NCBI GenBank assembly: GCA_002269645.1 | Contig: NIVC01001626.1 | Location: 186,001-250,000 of the forward strand | Source: Macrostomum lignano | Lineage: Eukaryota | Direction of reading: 5' to 3' | Length of the DNA stretch: 64,000 nt | Shown: positions 60,248 through 64,000 of the stretch, piece after piece | Numbering within the stretch: the first letter of the stretch is position 1 | How the letters are laid out: each line of letters opens with the position of its first letter | Translations under genes and position numbers: made by a program | The notes under the pieces: model-generated | Databases searched by the model: none | Told to the model about the DNA's origin: nothing | The model's input: only the letters and a program-made list of their open reading frames with translations

Positions 60248-60411
60248 CGGGACCTGGGGGACGCGGCCCTCCTGCTGCCGCTGACCGCGCCGCTGGTGGC
60301 CGAGGCTGACGACGGCGGCCACCTGCTGTGCGTCGACCTGCCGCTGTCCAATGTCGGCGAGTCCGGGCCCGTCCTCCGAGTGGAACTCTGATGTCCTTGA
60401 TAGAATGCTGC

Positions 60412-60835
60412 ATTGAGTCCTTTGATGTGTGCCACCCCCGCTGCTATCTGAATCCTTTGATGTGTGCCGCCCCCGCTGCTATCTGAATCCTTTGATGTGT
60501 GCCGCCCCCGCTGCTATCTGAATCCTTTGATGTGTGCCGCCCCCGCTGCTATCTGAATCCTTTGATGTGTGCCACCCCCGCTGCTATCTGAATCCTTTGA
60601 TGTGTGCCACCCCCGCTGCTATCTGAATCCTTTGATGTGTGCCGCCCCCGCTGCTATCTGAATCCTTTGATGTGTGCCGCCCCCGCTGCTATCTGAATCC
60701 TTTGATGTGTGCCACCCCCGCTGCTATCTGAATCCTTTGATGTGTGCCGCCCCGCTGCTATCTGAATCCTTTGATGTGTGCCGCCCCCGCTGCTATCTGA
60801 ATCCTTTGATGTGTGCCACCCCCGCTGCTATCTGA
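60412..60835. repeat. 35-bp minisatellite downstream of ANKRD13
   Basis: Unit AATCCTTTGATGTGTGCCGCCCCCGCTGCTATCTG. Confidence 0.95.
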
Positions 60836-61571
60836 TCACAGAATGTCCGGTATTGTTCAATCTACTCTAGAGAGCGGATTATTTTTTATTTTTACGAAAC
60901 CAATTTTAGTTTTAAAGTTTTAAAAGTGCTTATCGTGATGTTTTTACTGCTTATTTTAATCGAAAGCTGAATTGAAATTTTAGTTGTAGTTTAAAACTAA
61001 TTGCTTACTCTCGATGATGAGGATTATCATGATGTTGTTAATTGGTGACCCAACCAGAGTGCCGGAGCAGTGCGCCTGCACCTGTACAATATCCGGGTCC
61101 ATTGGTTTGCCTCTTGCCTCATTTTCTATTCGAACTGCCACTCAGCTTGCGGTATCCCAGTTGTCTCAGGTAGTGAGATGCAGCACCCCACATTGTTGGC
61201 CAATATTTGAAGGCCGATTTTTGCAAATTTGCACGCAACGAAAATGGAAAACTGACGACAGCAGCCCGGAACTGTCAAATTTTCTAAACCAGTCGCTCGC
61301 GCCCCAGTGGCTTTTTTTGCAACTTCTGAGCGGTCAGCATTGATGATTTTGTACAAATTCAATGGAATAATTCACTGTTCACACTTACAAGCACCAGTGC
61401 TTTGAACCAACTGGCATATCTGTGTCCATTGTGATCTGCTTTCTATTCAGCACTGGACTTTGGCTTTTCAAATACACAAGATTCTAATAAATTTTGTCTG
61501 GCTTTTGATTTTTTATCCAAATAGATAGTCAGAGATGCGACTCCTGTTTTTGTAACAATTTATGAATTCCT

Positions 61572-62620
61572 GGGGGCAGCACACACTGAGGCCTGAAGCA
61601 CTGGGGCAGCACACACTGAGGCCTGAAGCACTGGGGGCAGCACACACTGAGGCCTGAAGCACTGGGGGCAGCACACACTGAGGCCTGAAGCACTGGGGGC
61701 AGCACACACTGAGGCCTGAAGCACTGGAGGGGCAGCACACACTGAGGCCTGAAGCACTGGGGGGGCAGCACACACTGAGGCCTGAAGCACTGGGGGCAGC
61801 ACACACTGAGGCCTGAAGCACTGGGGGCAGCACACACTGAGGCCTGAAGCACTGGGGGCAGCACACACTGAGGCCTGAAAAACTGGGGGCAGCACACACT
61901 GAGGCCTGAAGCACTGGGGGCAGCACACATTGAGGCCTGAAGCACTGGGGGCAGCACACATTGAGGCCTGAAGCACTGGAGGGGCAGCACACACTGAGGC
62001 CTGAAGCACTGGGGGGCAGCACACACAGGCCTGAAGCACTGGGGCAGCACACACTGAGGCCTGAAGCACTGGGGCAGCACACACTGAGGCCTGAAGCACT
62101 GGGGCAGCACACACTGAGCCTGAAGCACTGGGGCAGCACACACTGAGGCCTGAAGCACTGGGGGGCAGCACACACTGAGGCCTGAAGCACTGGGGCAGCA
62201 CACACTGAGCCTGAAGCACTGGGGCAGCACACACTGAGGCCTGAAGCACTGGGGGCAGAACACACTGAGGCCTGAAGCACTGGGGGGCAGAACACACTAA
62301 GGCCTGAAGCACTGGGGCAGAACACACTGAGGCCTGAAGCACTTGGGAGCAGCACACACTGAGGCCTGAAGCACTGGGGCAGCACACACTGAGGCCTGAA
62401 GCACTGGGGGGGGGCAGCACACACTGAGGCCTAAAGCACTGAGGGCAGCACACACTGAGGCCTGAAGCACTGAGGGCAGCACACACTGAGGCCTGAAGCA
62501 CTGGGGGGGGGGCAGCACACACTGAGGCCTGAAGCACTGGGGGGCAGCACACACAGGCCTGAAGCACTGGAGCAGCACACACTGAGCCTGAAGCACTGGG
62601 GGCAGCACACACTGAGGCCT
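61572..62620. repeat. ~31-33-bp minisatellite upstream of REV7
   Basis: Unit GGGGCAGCACACACTGAGGCCTGAAGCACTG with a variable G-run. Confidence 0.95.
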
Positions 62621-62711
62621 GGAGGTCTTCTGGCACTAACCACTCTGCATGAATGAGGTCAAAAAACATAAAAATAGCTCTTAAACCGCTTCAGCCCTTT
62701 CCACATCCCGG

Positions 62712-63413
62712 ATGTCCGCACCGGAGCCATTGGCCGGCCGCAGCGCCGCCGACCTCAGGCGAGGCGGAGCCAGCGAGGCGGAGCGCCGGCTGCTCACCTA
62801 CGCGGCGGAGTTCATCGAGCTGCTGCTGCACCAGCTGCTGCGCCGGCACCGGGTGTACCCGACTGGCGCCTTCCAGCTGCGCCAGCGCTACGGCTTGCCC
62901 GTGTGGCAGTGCGCGCACCCCCGGGTCGCCGAGTACACCGCCGCCGTGGCCAGCACCTTCGAGTTGTGCGCTGGCGCCGTCGACCGACTGCGGGTGACGT
63001 TCCGGCCCTGCCGCCCAGATCGTCGGGCAGTTCGCTACTGCCTGCTGGTGCGGCTGCGGCCTCAACGGTTCGAGGACAACGCGGACGCCTGTCTGCGGCT
63101 GGAGGCCCAGCTGGCCCGGCTGCTGCTGTGCGCGCTGGGGCCGCCGCAGTGCAGGGAAGCCGCCGCGGAGCCGGCTGACGGAGCCGAGGAATCAGCTGAG
63201 TGGAGCGTGGAATTCGTTGCTAAGGAACCGCTGGAGGGACTCGCGAGTCCGCACTTCCCCATCGGCCGGGTCGGCTGCGAGGACGGCGGCGAGCGAGAGA
63301 CATTCGGCGACGGCGCCCGCAGTCGATTGGCGCCGATGGGTAGCGCCGTGGCGCCGTTTCTGGGCCTGGATCTCGCTTTGGAGGAGCTGCCTGAGGATGC
63401 TGGGGAGGCGTAG
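62712..63413 (+). CDS. MAD2L2: REV7/MAD2L2-like HORMA-domain protein, single exon, 233 aa
   Basis: EFIELLLHQLLRRHRVYPTGAFQLRQRYGLPVWQCAHPRVAEY aligns to REV7 [43 protein letters not shown]; RLAPM...LDLALEE resembles RLIPL...MQLYVEE. Confidence 0.85.
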   Translation: MSAPEPLAGRSAADLRRGGASEAERRLLTYAAEFIELLLHQLLRRHRVYPTGAFQLRQRYGLPVWQCAHPRVAEYTAAVASTFELCAGAVDRLRVTFRPCRPDRRAVRYCLLVRLRPQRFEDNADACLRLEAQLARLLLCALGPPQCREAAAEPADGAEESAEWSVEFVAKEPLEGLASPHFPIGRVGCEDGGERETFGDGARSRLAPMGSAVAPFLGLDLALEELPEDAGEA

Positions 63414-63416
63414 GCG

Positions 63417-63567
63417 GATGTGGGAGAGGCATGCACTGATGTGGGGGAGGCATGCACTGATGTGGGGAAGACATGCACTGATGTGGGGGAGGCATGCACT
63501 GATGTGGGGGAGGCATGCACTGATGTGGGGGAGGCATGCACTGATGTGGGGGAGGCATGCACTGATG
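63417..63567. repeat. 21-bp minisatellite immediately after the REV7 stop
   Basis: Unit GATGTGGGGGAGGCATGCACT. Confidence 0.92.
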
Positions 63568-63849
63568 ACACTCAGCTGCCCAGTGTTTCTACAAAGCTGA
63601 AATTTGTGCTCATTTTTACTTCCAGTTTGAACCGTTGCATTTTTGTAAATACAAACTGCGCGCTGTGATCTGCGGTGAAAATGTTATTAAAAAATAAAAA
63701 CTTTTCTTTTTGCTGAGCTTTGAATAGTTAATCTTTATTATTTATATAGCCAGGGCATCCTAAATATTTCTTGCTAAAGTTGCCGAAGTGATTCAGAGTA
63801 ACGGTTTAATGGGGTCGAGTTTAATGTGGGGGTAAATTCTGGTTTAATT

Positions 63850-64000
63850 GGGTTGTGAAGTCGGGTTTAATGGGGCTGTGAAGTCGGGTTTAATGGGGCT
63901 GTGAAGTCGGGTTTAATGGGGCTGTGAAGTCGGGTTTAATGGGGCTGTGAAGTAGGGTTTAATGGGGCTGTGAAGTAGGGTTTAATGGGGCTGTGAAGTC
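63850..64000. repeat. 23-bp minisatellite, truncated by the window edge
   Basis: Unit GGGTTTAATGGGGCTGTGAAGTC. Confidence 0.9.

Noticed and set aside
59111-62669. MPTDSLLIMV and CCPQCFRPQ repeat ORFs resembling metallothionein or keratin-associated proteins
   Set aside because: They are frames of 30-bp and ~32-bp minisatellites; several frames are open and there is no independent gene structure.

Overview
This is eukaryotic (animal) genomic DNA: GC-rich exons, GT-AG introns packed with minisatellites, and AT-rich intergenic blocks derived from transposons. The style suggests a flatworm such as Macrostomum, but that is inference only. Six protein-coding genes can be reconstructed: an NRBP/Madm-like pseudokinase (-, runs off the left edge, one apparent 1-nt frameshift), two intronless head-to-head EGFR-family receptor kinases, an acyl-protein thioesterase (LYPLA/APT, -), an ANKRD13C-like gene (+, 7 exons) and a REV7/MAD2L2 HORMA gene (+). 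Mobile DNA includes a Mutator element (611-bp TIRs, 9-bp TSD, dead PHD-FLYWCH-MULE transposase), a very young Ty3/Gypsy LTR element in ANKRD13 intron 1, a hAT MITE, a tRNA/CORE-type SINE and Helitron-like ends. The strongest hunt result is the EGFR pair: highly diverged ligand-binding ectodomains and unrelated C-tails are joined to a 1342-bp CR2-TM-kinase cassette that is about 99% identical and in inverted orientation. Other leads are a UGA-C readthrough candidate in ANKRD13C, a PHD finger on a Mutator transposase, sharply bounded CpG deserts and an RFX X-box array. All alignments and counts were done by eye; no searches were run.
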